Source: a virus | Virus record (IMG/VR): IMGVR_UViG_3300037419_001192 | Span: 38,691-102,690 of that record | Strand: one strand, 5' to 3' | DNA length: 64,000 nucleotides | In this document: positions 1 through 10,469 of the stretch, in pieces | Layout of the letters: each line of letters begins with the position of its first letter | Numbering within the stretch: the first letter of the stretch is position 1 | Made by a program: the position numbers and the translations under genes | The notes under the pieces: generated by a model | What the model saw: only the letters and a program-made list of their open reading frames with translations | Told to the model about the DNA's origin: nothing | Database searches by the model: none

Positions 1-569
1 CGTTCGCGGTCGGCATCTGCGAAGGGCCAATCGTCGGGGTGCGGCGCGTCTGGGCCGATAACAAGCTGATTTACGATACCCAGAGCCCGGTGTCCGGCAG
101 CGGCTCGGCGGGGCTCGCCTTCAAAGCCAAGGGCTTTCGATTGTATTTCGGCAGTGAAAACCAGTTGCCCGATCCGCTGATGGAATCCATTGAGGGCGTT
201 GGCAACGTTCCGGCCCACCGGGGCATGGCGTACCTGATTATCGAAGACCTCGACCTGACCGAGTTTGGCAATCGATTGCCAGTGCTGAATTTCGAAGTGG
301 TCACGACGAATGGCTTGCTGCTGAAAGATGTGGTCACGCTCGTTTCCGAACGCTGCGGCTTGTCTGCCGATGATATCGATGTCTCGATGCTCGGCGCATC
401 GCTGCATGGCTATGGCATCTTGCATATGACCGGCAGGAATGCCTTGGAGCCATTGATGCAGGCATTCTTGTTCGATGCGGTGGAAAGTGGCGAAGTCGTG
501 AAGTTCGTATTGCGCGGTAATCCGCCTGTGCTCACTATTGCAGCAGAAGAACTTTTGGAGTCTGCATAA
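1..569 (+). CDS. Tail tip/baseplate hub N-terminal module, paralog 1 (5'-partial)
   Basis: Frame open from window start (FAVGICEGPI..RVWADNKLIYD..QLPDP..VPAHRGMAY..FGNRLP..FDAVESG). Motifs of GTA-like/J-like tail tip proteins. Confidence 0.8.
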   Translation, partial: FAVGICEGPIVGVRRVWADNKLIYDTQSPVSGSGSAGLAFKAKGFRLYFGSENQLPDPLMESIEGVGNVPAHRGMAYLIIEDLDLTEFGNRLPVLNFEVVTTNGLLLKDVVTLVSERCGLSADDIDVSMLGASLHGYGILHMTGRNALEPLMQAFLFDAVESGEVVKFVLRGNPPVLTIAAEELLESA

Positions 570-2656
570 TGGCATCTCTCGCACTCGGATCAATGCAAGC
601 GAATGCCGGGGTCATCATCCCCGGTGCCGGTGCATCCACCGGGTATATGTATGGCTCGTCACTGGGCACCGCGCTATTTCCCGAAGTGAAATCGGGCGGG
701 CCTAGCCTTGCCGAATTGAAATTCCAAGATTCGACGCTAGGCATGACGATCCCCATCGTGTATGGCGCATTCCGAGTCGCTGGTAATGTCATCTGGGCGA
801 CCAGCCTGAAAGTCTCGACCAAGTATCCGGGCAAAGACCCGAACCACCCGAACTACACTTGTTCGTTCGCAGTTGGCGTGTGCGAAGGCGGTAAGGGTAT
901 CCGCAAAATGTGGTTCGATTCGAAGCTGGTGTATGACGCCAGTTCGGTGAAGATCATCCATGGCTTCCATGCGTCTTCCTTCAAGATTTACATGGGCACC
1001 GAAGACCAGTTGCCCGACCCGACCATCGAAATGGATAAGGGCGTTGGCAATGTGCCAGCATTCCGGGGGCTGGCCTATGTGGTGTTCAACACGCTGGAGT
1101 TGGTCGAATATGGCAATCGATTGCCAAACATTTCTTTCGAAGTCGCGGATATCGATACTGGGCCGACGCTGACGCTGACCTACAGCCCCATCGTGGATTA
1201 CATGGGCGGCACCAGCAATCTCGCCAACATCACCTACTACCAAAGCATTGCCTACGATTCAATGTCGAATACGGTTTGGCAAATGCTGCTATACCAAGCC
1301 ATCAAGCAAGATGACCCCAAGCTGACCGGCACCTTTGCAATCATCGATGCGAAAACCATGACGGTACTTGGCACCACGACCGGGGAGCCCGGCTTTGGCC
1401 CGAATGGCATCACCGATGGCACGTTGGCTTACCAGATGGAGCCGGGCTACCTGATCGCCAACCCGAAGGCGAATCAAATGATTTACTGGGAAAACGATTC
1501 GCCTCCGATTGTCCGGGCCTATAACGCGACGACCGGAGCATGGTTGTGGGACAAAAATTTCTATGATCCGGCTCACCCGCTGCGCTTTCCAGAACCTGAC
1601 CCCTATAGCGACCCGATGGATGGCTGCTGGGTCAACCAGTACGATGGCTCGATCTGGGTTTCCAGCGTGTATGGCATCCAGCAATTGAGCAATGCCGATG
1701 GCAGCATTCTCCGTACTTTCCCGCTGCCGAGTGCCCCCGCAACGGATGATGTTTTTGAAATGACCTTTTACAAGGACAAGTTCATTTACTACACCACTTC
1801 GGGAAATTCCGGCGACTCCACTACCGGCAGTGTTGTCTTCCATGTGCGCGGCCTGAATTTGTCCACGGGGCAAGTCGTGAATTACCTGAGCGGAAACACT
1901 TCTACCTCCACGGGCTTTACAGTCAATTTTCGTAGCATTACCTGCGACACCCTGCGCAACCACTTCATCGTTCTGAAAGCCGAATCGCAAACCACGACGA
2001 CCGTGGGGGAATCGCTGCGGCTGATCGTTTATGATCCAGTTGCCATGATGGTAATCACAGATAAGCCGATCAGCTACACCACCCTCGATAACGGGGAGCA
2101 ATCGACCGCCAACCTCGTCAATGCCATCCCGCAGTACGATCTGGCCCATGATTGTGTCTGGGTAACGAATTTTGTCACCGGCATGGATTACTTAAATAAC
2201 GGCACGATTGCGAATGGCAATACCTTGGCAGCGCTCGATCCGGTGACGCTCGATTTGCTAATCCAGAGCGAGCCGATAGATATCGGCATTCAACCCGTAG
2301 CGATTGGCAACGATACGCTGCCATGCGTGTATGTGAATACGGCGAATTACAACGGCACCGCGAAATATTGCTTTGGCACCCAGTCTCCGCCCGGCCCGGC
2401 CACCCTCGGGGAAACCCTGTACGATATGTCGGCGCGGATCGGTCTGGTCGGCCAAGCGGATACCAATGGCTTGTTCCAGAAAATCAAGGGTTTCGCAGTC
2501 ACGCAGCAAATGCCTTGCCGCAGCGCAATGCAGCCGCTGATGCAAGCCTACTATGTGGATGCGGTGGAATCCGGGGAAACGGTGAAATTCGTGCAGCGCG
2601 GCCAGCCCCCGGTAACTACGATCCATATGGATAACGCGATTCCGGAGGGACAATGA
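569..2656 (+). CDS. Tail tip N-terminal module, paralog 2, with ~400-aa inserted beta-rich domain
   Basis: IPIVYGAFRVAGNVIWA, LPDP, VPAFRGLAY, YGNRLPN, then an insertion, then DAVESGETVKFV. Confidence 0.8.
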   Translation: MASLALGSMQANAGVIIPGAGASTGYMYGSSLGTALFPEVKSGGPSLAELKFQDSTLGMTIPIVYGAFRVAGNVIWATSLKVSTKYPGKDPNHPNYTCSFAVGVCEGGKGIRKMWFDSKLVYDASSVKIIHGFHASSFKIYMGTEDQLPDPTIEMDKGVGNVPAFRGLAYVVFNTLELVEYGNRLPNISFEVADIDTGPTLTLTYSPIVDYMGGTSNLANITYYQSIAYDSMSNTVWQMLLYQAIKQDDPKLTGTFAIIDAKTMTVLGTTTGEPGFGPNGITDGTLAYQMEPGYLIANPKANQMIYWENDSPPIVRAYNATTGAWLWDKNFYDPAHPLRFPEPDPYSDPMDGCWVNQYDGSIWVSSVYGIQQLSNADGSILRTFPLPSAPATDDVFEMTFYKDKFIYYTTSGNSGDSTTGSVVFHVRGLNLSTGQVVNYLSGNTSTSTGFTVNFRSITCDTLRNHFIVLKAESQTTTTVGESLRLIVYDPVAMMVITDKPISYTTLDNGEQSTANLVNAIPQYDLAHDCVWVTNFVTGMDYLNNGTIANGNTLAALDPVTLDLLIQSEPIDIGIQPVAIGNDTLPCVYVNTANYNGTAKYCFGTQSPPGPATLGETLYDMSARIGLVGQADTNGLFQKIKGFAVTQQMPCRSAMQPLMQAYYVDAVESGETVKFVQRGQPPVTTIHMDNAIPEGQ

Positions 2657-3480
2657 CTACCCTAGCCCTTTCCGGACAAACCGCCGCGCCCCCGCAAAAA
2701 ACGGCGCAGGGCGGCTTGATGACGGGCTCGCTGATCGGCTCGTCATTATTCAAGAACACGAATAACTCGGGCAGCCGGCTATCGGACTTGAAGGTGCAAT
2801 CCTCGGCTTATGGCAATGCGATCCCGATTGTGTTTGGCAGCTACCGCGTGGCCGGCAATGTGATCTGGTCTACCAATCTGCAACAGGTCGGCACCGGTAC
2901 TTCCTACATGGTGTCATGTGCGATTGCAATTTGTGCTGGCCCGGTGGTTGGCGTGACACGGGTATGGGCTGACAACAAGCTGATCTATAACGCCCGCACC
3001 GATATCGGCACCCAAGGCCAAGCCTTGCCGGTCGGCGCAGTGACGTTTTATCCGGGCAGCGAAACCCAATTGCCCGACCCCACGATTGAAGCCTATGAGG
3101 GTGCAGGCAATGTGCCGGCGCATCGCGGCATTGCTTATGTGGTGCTGACCGATTTGCAACTGGCACTCTTTGGCAATCGATTGCCAAACTTTACCTTCGA
3201 AGTCGGCGCACCGACCCCAGTGCCCTTGCCGGTACGGGATGTGGTTGCCGAACTGAGTCGGCTATGCGGCATGGCCCCGGATCAACTCGATGTCGCGTCG
3301 ATGCAATCGGTATTGCATGGCTTTGCGCTGACGCGGCAGCAACCATGCCGGGCGGCGCTGGAACCGCTGATGAAGCTTTTTCGATTCGATGCGGTAGAAT
3401 CTAGTTCCACAGTGAAATTCGTTGAACGCGGCAATCTGCCCGCCCTTGTGTTATCGATGGATACCACGATACCCGGCTAG
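2653..3480 (+). CDS. Tail tip N-terminal module, paralog 3
   Basis: SAYGNAIPIVFGSYRVAGNVIW, VPAHRGIAY, FGNRLPNF, FDAVESSSTVKFV. ATGA overlap with the previous gene. Confidence 0.8.
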   Translation: MTTLALSGQTAAPPQKTAQGGLMTGSLIGSSLFKNTNNSGSRLSDLKVQSSAYGNAIPIVFGSYRVAGNVIWSTNLQQVGTGTSYMVSCAIAICAGPVVGVTRVWADNKLIYNARTDIGTQGQALPVGAVTFYPGSETQLPDPTIEAYEGAGNVPAHRGIAYVVLTDLQLALFGNRLPNFTFEVGAPTPVPLPVRDVVAELSRLCGMAPDQLDVASMQSVLHGFALTRQQPCRAALEPLMKLFRFDAVESSSTVKFVERGNLPALVLSMDTTIPG

Positions 3481-3488
3481 GAAACCCG

Positions 3489-6400
3489 ATGAGCAAAATT
3501 AACATTGTCAGGCAACAAGAATCGGAATTGCCCGCGCTGGTATCGGTGCAGTACATCAACCAAGGTGCCAATTACCAGCAAGGGGTGCAAACCGCGAAAC
3601 GCTTCACCGCGCATAGCAGCCAGCAAGTCACGATCCAATGCCCGATTGTCTTCACCGATCTGGAAGCCAAGCAGATCGCGGAAATCCTGATGTACAACGC
3701 ATGGATCGAACGCGACCGCTTTACGCTGACGCTGCCCCGGAAATATGCGTATCTGGAGCCGACCGATGTATTCAATATCTATGATCCGATCAACTCGTTC
3801 ATCTTCACGGTGCGGATCGTATCGAAAACCGAATCCCGCACCGGCACCGTAGCGCTGGAATGCGTCGCTGACCATGCGCCGCTGTACAAGCAAAATGCCG
3901 CGACCTCGACCGTGCAGGCGCAAGTGCAGACCGGCACTGTGGCCTCGCAAACCATCGTTGCACTGATGGACTTGCCGGCGCTGACGAGCCAGAACTATTC
4001 GACCGGGTATTACCTCGCGCTGGGCGGTACGAACTCGGGGTGGACGGGCGGCTCGCTATACCAATCACTCGATGGTGGACAAACCTATACGCTGGTGCAA
4101 TCCACGGCGGGTGCCGCGACGATGGGCACAACGCTAAATGCGCTCTCGCCATTCCCTACCGGGGGTATCGATACCACCGATACGTTGACCGTTTCTATCA
4201 CCAGCGGCACCCTATCTTCCACGAATGCCACCGGCTTGGCGAACGGCGTCAATACCGCATCGGTGCAAACGGTAGGCGGCTACGAAATCATCCAGTTCCA
4301 AACCGCAACCCTGCGCAGCAGCGTCGATGGCGTCGATACCTATGTGCTGTCTGGCCTGACCCGTGGAGAATATGGCACCGAATGGGCCACGGCGGGCCAT
4401 GCGGTGGGCGACCAGTTTGTATTGCTGGATTCCAACGTGATCCGGGTGCCAATATCCACAACGCAACTCGACCAGCCGATCCTGTACAAAGCGGTATCGA
4501 CCGGGCAAAGCCTGTCCTCGGTATCATCGTTCACACTGTCGAATACCGGCGTGGCGATCAAGCCGTATGCACCGGTCAACGGCACGGCAACGCAGGCTTC
4601 CAGCGGCGATGTGACGATAAGCTGGACGCGCTCGCTGCGAGTTGGCGAAACCAGTTCTTCGACCGCGACTTACCAAGTCGAAATCTTCGATGCCACATTC
4701 AACACGCTGAAACGCACGATCACGGGTATCACCGCGTCGGGCATGACTGCCGGCACCACGTACACGGTGGCGCAGCAGACGCAGGATTTCGGCGGCGTGA
4801 TTTCCGAGTTGTATGCCCGGATTGAACAAATCGACCCGACCGTGGGCGTGGGCTACCCGGAACAAATCGATGTGCCGCTGCAAACCACGACTACCACGAC
4901 CACGGGCGGCAAGTTTGCTGGCGTGGTGGAAGCAGCCAATGCGGCAACGAGTGCCGATGCCGATCTGGTGCCGGCTGCCGTTGGCGGATCGCAATGGAAT
5001 CCTTCCGCCACTGGCCCGGCTGTGACGTTGCTGAACAACAGCTATTCGATGGAAGTGCTGGATGGTGCAATTTCCACGACTAGCTGGGAAAGCGCCCTGT
5101 CGATTACTTCGCAAACCGCTGGCAAATGGTATGCGGAAACGATCTTCAACAATGTCGGCTACTACAGCGTCGGCTTTGGCGTGGGCACGGCGGCGCAAGC
5201 TCTCACCGGCAATACCTCGCCTCCGGGCAGCAATGCGAAAAACGCCTTCATCCTCGATTCCGGCAGCAGCACCAGCAGCTTCCGCTTCAATGGTGTGACC
5301 GATAACACATTGCCGGGCATCCACAACAATGACCGCATCGCCATGGCAGTGGACTTGGATGCGCAACTGGTTTGGTACTCGGTCAATGGCGGCAACTGGA
5401 ACAACAGCGCCTCGGCCAATCCCGCTACCGGGGTGGGCGGCAAATCGTTCGCCGGGATTGCTGCCGGCCCGTACTACTTGCTCGGTACGGTAGTGTCCTC
5501 GACCGGGTACTCCAGCGGCGAAGTCACTCTCAGTTCGCAGAACTACCTGACGGTGCCAGCAGGCTTTTCGTCATGGGATAGCACCACGATCCAGCATCCG
5601 CCTAGCTCGCTGTCGGCCTCAATTACCGAAAGCAATACGGCAACGGATTCGATGGATAGCCAATGGACGCCGGCTGGCAGCGCAATCAAGGGCACGGCGG
5701 GGCTCACCAAGCTGTATGGCGATGCCAGCATGGACGATGGCTACCAGCAAATCACGATCCCATTCCCATTCAAATTCTTCAGCACCGATTACGGCAACGA
5801 TGCGAATGGCGGCGTCTTCGTCGGCTCGAACGGGTATGTCACGTTCGGCCAAAGCAACACCGCGTATTCCGGCCTGACTGCCTCGGTTCTCGGCAGGGCA
5901 CTGGCGATCCATGCCGGCGACCGCAGCCTCCAGCGCTTGTATGGTGGCATGGATGGCAGCAATTACCGTATCCGCTATGAAGGCGATATCACTTCTGGCG
6001 GCACGGCGGGCAGCCCGACCGAAGTATGGGAATTGACGTTTGCCACCGATGGCCGCATGCAATTGGCGATGGGCGTCGAAGGCACGATTGCGGCGGGCGA
6101 TGCAGGCGTATCCGGTATCTCGAATAGCATCACGATTTCCCCGACCTTCAATCCGACCACATGGACGAGCTATGTATTGACGCCGGATGCGAATGGCGCG
6201 AACTGGGTGATCACGACCGGCACGTTGACGAACGGCACTTCGGGTGGAACGTCTGGCGGCACGACGCTGACCCCAACCAAGTATGTGTCCCCGACCGGCA
6301 GCGATTCGAATCCGGGTACGCAAGCAGCACCATGGCAATCGTTTGCCAAGGCGGTTGCCAGCGCGGTGCCGGGCGATGTCGTTGCCTTCATGGATGGCAC

Positions 6401-7517
6401 TTATACCCAAGGCGAGATTGCAATCACGAATTCCGGTACGCAGGCCAATCCGATCACGTATATGTCGCTCAACAAGTGGGGCGCGGTGATCAACTCGACT
6501 TCTACCAATTCGTCTACCGGCGCACATCCGGGTATCTCGCTGTATGCAAGCTGGATTACGATCAAGGATTTCGTGATGCAGCCCGATGCCGGCACTACAC
6601 CTACCACCACATATACTTCGGCAAACTGCGATATCCGTGCATGGGACAATGGCACTCCATCGGCATCGAACGACACGACCGGCTATGTCGGCTGCCATAT
6701 CACCGGGGTCAAGTCGCTGTCCACCAGCAGCGCCCGTGCGATTGCATTCAAGTCGAATCAGGATTCGACCATCATCGAGGATTGCACTACGCATAACGTG
6801 ATTGAAATCTTCAATTCGAAAAATTCGATTGTTCGGCGCAACACGATTCTCGGCCAAGACCAGAGTGGCATTTCGCTGTTGGCGAAGGGCGGCATCCGCA
6901 GTGCGCAAATTTATGGCAATACGATCCACAATATCTTCAGCGGCGGCTGGGCGATTTGCATCGGCGGCACGACTGCGCCGGGCAACTTCTATGACAATAC
7001 CGCGCAAATCGAAGCCTACAATTGCGTCGCCTTCAGTAACGTGGTCGTCAATGAATCGTCTGGCGGCTGTGAAGCCTTGCTATTCTGCGGCGCGAAGGAT
7101 TCGGCATTCTTCAATAACACGGTGACTGGCTTCTGTACCGTGGGCTCGCGCAGCAGCCCGAACAATCTGGTGGCCTCGACCAACCCGACGCTGAAGAACA
7201 ATATCTTCAAGGGCACGGGCGGCAACTGGGAAGGAGGCTATTCCTTTGCATCGGGCTGGGCTTACAACGGTACTTCGACCATCGATTACAACGATTTCTA
7301 TAACTATGGCTCGACCCCGACGCAGACCCATGGCTTGACCAGCGATCCGCTGCTGGTGAATGCCTCGTCCGATTGGCATTTGCAATCGGGCAGCCCGTGT
7401 ATCGGTGCCGGTGCAACGCTGACCTTCACCGGCTTCTATGGCGAGTCAATTACTGTCTCGACCGATCTGGCTGGAGATACCCGCACCGCGCCATGGTCGA
7501 TGGGTGCCTACAAGTAA
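3489..7517 (+). CDS. Tail tip C-terminal part / receptor-binding protein (phage-tail, SPRY-like, NIDO-like, right-handed beta-helix domains)
   Basis: [23 protein letters not shown] (GTA tail family); [16 protein letters not shown] (SPRY-like); [15 protein letters not shown] beta-helix start; C-terminal [16 protein letters not shown]. Confidence 0.8.
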   Translation: MSKINIVRQQESELPALVSVQYINQGANYQQGVQTAKRFTAHSSQQVTIQCPIVFTDLEAKQIAEILMYNAWIERDRFTLTLPRKYAYLEPTDVFNIYDPINSFIFTVRIVSKTESRTGTVALECVADHAPLYKQNAATSTVQAQVQTGTVASQTIVALMDLPALTSQNYSTGYYLALGGTNSGWTGGSLYQSLDGGQTYTLVQSTAGAATMGTTLNALSPFPTGGIDTTDTLTVSITSGTLSSTNATGLANGVNTASVQTVGGYEIIQFQTATLRSSVDGVDTYVLSGLTRGEYGTEWATAGHAVGDQFVLLDSNVIRVPISTTQLDQPILYKAVSTGQSLSSVSSFTLSNTGVAIKPYAPVNGTATQASSGDVTISWTRSLRVGETSSSTATYQVEIFDATFNTLKRTITGITASGMTAGTTYTVAQQTQDFGGVISELYARIEQIDPTVGVGYPEQIDVPLQTTTTTTTGGKFAGVVEAANAATSADADLVPAAVGGSQWNPSATGPAVTLLNNSYSMEVLDGAISTTSWESALSITSQTAGKWYAETIFNNVGYYSVGFGVGTAAQALTGNTSPPGSNAKNAFILDSGSSTSSFRFNGVTDNTLPGIHNNDRIAMAVDLDAQLVWYSVNGGNWNNSASANPATGVGGKSFAGIAAGPYYLLGTVVSSTGYSSGEVTLSSQNYLTVPAGFSSWDSTTIQHPPSSLSASITESNTATDSMDSQWTPAGSAIKGTAGLTKLYGDASMDDGYQQITIPFPFKFFSTDYGNDANGGVFVGSNGYVTFGQSNTAYSGLTASVLGRALAIHAGDRSLQRLYGGMDGSNYRIRYEGDITSGGTAGSPTEVWELTFATDGRMQLAMGVEGTIAAGDAGVSGISNSITISPTFNPTTWTSYVLTPDANGANWVITTGTLTNGTSGGTSGGTTLTPTKYVSPTGSDSNPGTQAAPWQSFAKAVASAVPGDVVAFMDGTYTQGEIAITNSGTQANPITYMSLNKWGAVINSTSTNSSTGAHPGISLYASWITIKDFVMQPDAGTTPTTTYTSANCDIRAWDNGTPSASNDTTGYVGCHITGVKSLSTSSARAIAFKSNQDSTIIEDCTTHNVIEIFNSKNSIVRRNTILGQDQSGISLLAKGGIRSAQIYGNTIHNIFSGGWAICIGGTTAPGNFYDNTAQIEAYNCVAFSNVVVNESSGGCEALLFCGAKDSAFFNNTVTGFCTVGSRSSPNNLVASTNPTLKNNIFKGTGGNWEGGYSFASGWAYNGTSTIDYNDFYNYGSTPTQTHGLTSDPLLVNASSDWHLQSGSPCIGAGATLTFTGFYGESITVSTDLAGDTRTAPWSMGAYK

Positions 7518-7538
7518 GCTGGCAATTGATTGCCACGG

Positions 7539-7567
7539 CCCGCACGGTACGCCCTGCGGGTTTTTTC
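7539..7567 (+). terminator. Rho-independent terminator
   Basis: CCCGCA..TGCGGG stem followed by a T run. Confidence 0.6.
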
Positions 7568-7651
7568 TTTCTGGTTAGGAAGTTTTCCGTGGTGTATTCT
7601 TGGGGGCAATTCTTTCTGGCAATCAGTTGCCGCAACCTCAAGAGGAATACC

Positions 7652-8227
7652 ATGGAAAAGATGAATGGCACCGATGCTTGCGGCGCTGCCGTGCAACGTG
7701 GCGCTGGTATGGGCGAGCAAGCCCAAGCCGAAGGTTTTTATGTGGTCGAATGCCGCGATGCGGATGGCAACCTGAAATGGGCCGATGACATTCACAATCT
7801 GGTCACGACCGAAGGCAAGAATTACAACCTCGATACCTTCCTCGCTGGCGCAGCTTATACCGCTGCATGGGCGCTGGGCCTGATTTCCTCGGTCGGCTAT
7901 TCCGCTGTCGCCGCAGGAGACACCGCTGCGCAAATCAATGGCACCAACGGCTGGAAAGAAGCCGGCAACGCCAACGCCCCGACCTACTCGCAAACGGCGC
8001 GTCCGACCCCGGCATTCTCGGCAGCGGCAGGCGGCTCGAAATCGACTTCTTCGGCAGTGGCGTTCTCGATCACTTCGAGCGGCACCGTCAAGGGTTGCTT
8101 CCTTTGCTCGTCTACGACCAAGGATGGCACGACCGGCAAACTGTACAGCGCGGGCCTGTTCTCCGGTGGCGACAAGACCGTGGGCAATGGCGACACGCTG
8201 TCCGTAACTTACGCCAGTTCCCTGTAA
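7652..8227 (+). CDS. Virion structural protein
   Basis: GAGG SD before ATG 7652. [32 protein letters not shown] is typical of small tail-associated proteins; tail context. Confidence 0.6.
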   Translation: MEKMNGTDACGAAVQRGAGMGEQAQAEGFYVVECRDADGNLKWADDIHNLVTTEGKNYNLDTFLAGAAYTAAWALGLISSVGYSAVAAGDTAAQINGTNGWKEAGNANAPTYSQTARPTPAFSAAAGGSKSTSSAVAFSITSSGTVKGCFLCSSTTKDGTTGKLYSAGLFSGGDKTVGNGDTLSVTYASSL

Positions 8228-8242
8228 GCAACATTTCACCAA

Positions 8243-8288
8243 GGGCGGGGTGGAGTGGCAATTGATTGCCGCCACCCCGCTTGTTTTT
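8243..8288 (+). terminator. Terminator hairpin enclosing one copy of the 16-bp dyad
   Basis: GCGGGGTGG..CCACCCCGC followed by TTGTTTTT. Confidence 0.55.
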
Positions 8289-8306
8289 GATGCAGCGGAG
8301 TAAGGC

Positions 8307-10460
8307 ATGACGATCTTCTATCTTGACTATGAGGGCGGCAACGATACCTTGGATGGAAAATCGTTCGCTAACCGCCGTAAAACGATTTCATCGCTGACCG
8401 CAACGCAGACGCTGGCCGCAGGCGACACGGTACGGGTGATGGCATCCCCCGACCCGACGCTGGTGGGAAATGCCACATGGACGCAATACAGCAAGACCGT
8501 CACGTTGGCTGCTGCGGTGACAGCGACAATTTCCCAATGCGAAACCGCATGGACGCCCTCCACGAATATCACGGCATCGACCACGACCAGCAATAAGCAA
8601 GGTACGAATGCGATCACCCTTGCTGTGGGCGCGTCGTTTACCACCGGCAAAATGGCTTATTCGGCCACGGGCACTCTGGATTTATCGGCGTATCAACAAG
8701 TCACATTTTGGATAAAAAATACCGTTGCCATCACGGCGGGGCAGTATAGCCTGCGCCTGTGCAGCGATACCGCTGGCGCTACCTCGGTACATACGGTTGC
8801 GATCCCGGCGATACCCTCGACCTCTGAATTCGTGGCGCTGACGGTGAACCTGAGCGCGAATATGTCTTCCAGCATTCAGTCGGTTGCTATGTACCGGGAT
8901 TCCGGCACGGGCACCCCGACAATTACGCTGGATTGCATCCTCGCCTGCAAGGCATCCTCCAGCGCAGATTCACTATCGCTGACCAGCCTGATCGGCAAGA
9001 TGTGCAATTTGTCATGGGTGGCTTCGACCACCTATGCCTCGGGGGATCAGTGCCGCCCGACGCAGCCGAATCGCAATGGCTACCGTTACCAAGCCAGCGC
9101 CGGCACCACCGGCACTACGGAACCCACATGGCCTAACGAGTTGAATGCTACCGTGACCGATGGCACGGTGACTTGGACTTGCATTGGACTAGAAGATACT
9201 TGGTATTGCATCCAGTCGATCAGCGGTACGACTGTAACCTTGGATAGCGATGTAAATAGCTCAGCGACCACGGGTCAGGGCTATCCCCGCGCCACCGAAA
9301 CTGTCGCCACTTACAAGCGCGAACCCGTAGCGACTGCCATGGCAAGCAGCTCGGCAACCACGGTGCATCAAACCAACGTCGCTGGTACTTCGGAAACCGC
9401 GCTCGTTACCTATACCGGGGGGTGGAGCCGCACCGATATGTCTACGCAGACCGGCGAAACGTGGTACAGCGGGCAAAACGGTTGGGGTTACGCCTTCTTT
9501 CAGCAAAACGCGCAGCCCTTCATCAAGTTCCAGAATTTAAGCCCGGTTCGGTATAGCCAAGGATTCGGCTTGTACGGGGCCAATTCGTACCTGTTCAACT
9601 GCCACAGCAATAGCAACTCCGGGAACGGCGTCAATACCAACAATGCCAATCCGCTGATGCGGTTTGTCGGATGCTGCTTTAGTCATAACAGCACATCAAA
9701 TTTTGCGGATAGCCAATATGGCCGCAGAGAATTCATTGCCTGTAGCGCAAATTGCTCGGCCAACACGAGCGGTTGGGAATTTACGGGAACCAACGCTATT
9801 TCCGGAGAATGGAACACGATTGATGCGCTCAACAACTGGCTTTATGGCGTAAACAAAGGAAACCCTTCCCCGCTCACGATCCGTAACCTGACTACCGCGA
9901 ATAGCCATTCCACTATTGGCGTTTCCGCGCAGTCGGGCGCACTGACGTTGGTGAATCCGTCGATTGGCGAATCAACCCCGTTCAATACTCTTACCTATCC
10001 GGGCGACAGCTACGTTTATTGTCAGAAATACCAGCGCACAGCGGATAACCACTACATCGTGACCGACAGCGGCACGATCAAGTCCGCGACCGACCAACGC
10101 CATACCGCATCCGGCATCAGTTGGAAGTTCAACCCGACCGGTACAAACCGCAAGTCGGGCTACCCGCTGCGCTTGGCACTAGGACGTTACCTGCTGGCGG
10201 CTAATACCACGGCCACGTTCTCAATCTGGGTGCGGCGCGACAACACGAATATCAATGGCCGCTTGATGGTGGCCGGTGGGCAATTGCTGGGCATGCCCTC
10301 CGATACCACGGTGGACTGCGCCCCGGCGATCAATACATGGGTGCAGTACAGCCTATCGGTGACCCCGACTGAAATCGGTGTGGTGGAAGTGGTTTTCTTG
10401 TGCTGGGATGGCGTCGGCACGACGAATAGCTTGTGGATAGATGATCTAGCCAAGGTGTAA
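8307..10460 (+). CDS. Virion fibre/spike-like protein (carbohydrate-binding and beta-helix-like segments)
   Basis: 717 aa, T/S/N/G-rich; GTTGTTEPTW..VTDGTVTW motif; tail cluster. Confidence 0.6.
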   Translation: MTIFYLDYEGGNDTLDGKSFANRRKTISSLTATQTLAAGDTVRVMASPDPTLVGNATWTQYSKTVTLAAAVTATISQCETAWTPSTNITASTTTSNKQGTNAITLAVGASFTTGKMAYSATGTLDLSAYQQVTFWIKNTVAITAGQYSLRLCSDTAGATSVHTVAIPAIPSTSEFVALTVNLSANMSSSIQSVAMYRDSGTGTPTITLDCILACKASSSADSLSLTSLIGKMCNLSWVASTTYASGDQCRPTQPNRNGYRYQASAGTTGTTEPTWPNELNATVTDGTVTWTCIGLEDTWYCIQSISGTTVTLDSDVNSSATTGQGYPRATETVATYKREPVATAMASSSATTVHQTNVAGTSETALVTYTGGWSRTDMSTQTGETWYSGQNGWGYAFFQQNAQPFIKFQNLSPVRYSQGFGLYGANSYLFNCHSNSNSGNGVNTNNANPLMRFVGCCFSHNSTSNFADSQYGRREFIACSANCSANTSGWEFTGTNAISGEWNTIDALNNWLYGVNKGNPSPLTIRNLTTANSHSTIGVSAQSGALTLVNPSIGESTPFNTLTYPGDSYVYCQKYQRTADNHYIVTDSGTIKSATDQRHTASGISWKFNPTGTNRKSGYPLRLALGRYLLAANTTATFSIWVRRDNTNINGRLMVAGGQLLGMPSDTTVDCAPAINTWVQYSLSVTPTEIGVVEVVFLCWDGVGTTNSLWIDDLAKV

Positions 10461-10469
10461 GGGGGCGCG

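Noticed and set aside
1-3480. Diversity-generating retroelement or shufflon in the tail paralogs
   Set aside because: No reverse transcriptase or recombinase; copies are diverged at all bases and co-oriented.
7373-7651. N-terminal extension of the 284-aa ORF
   Set aside because: It overlaps the previous gene and a terminator; the SD-supported start is 7652.
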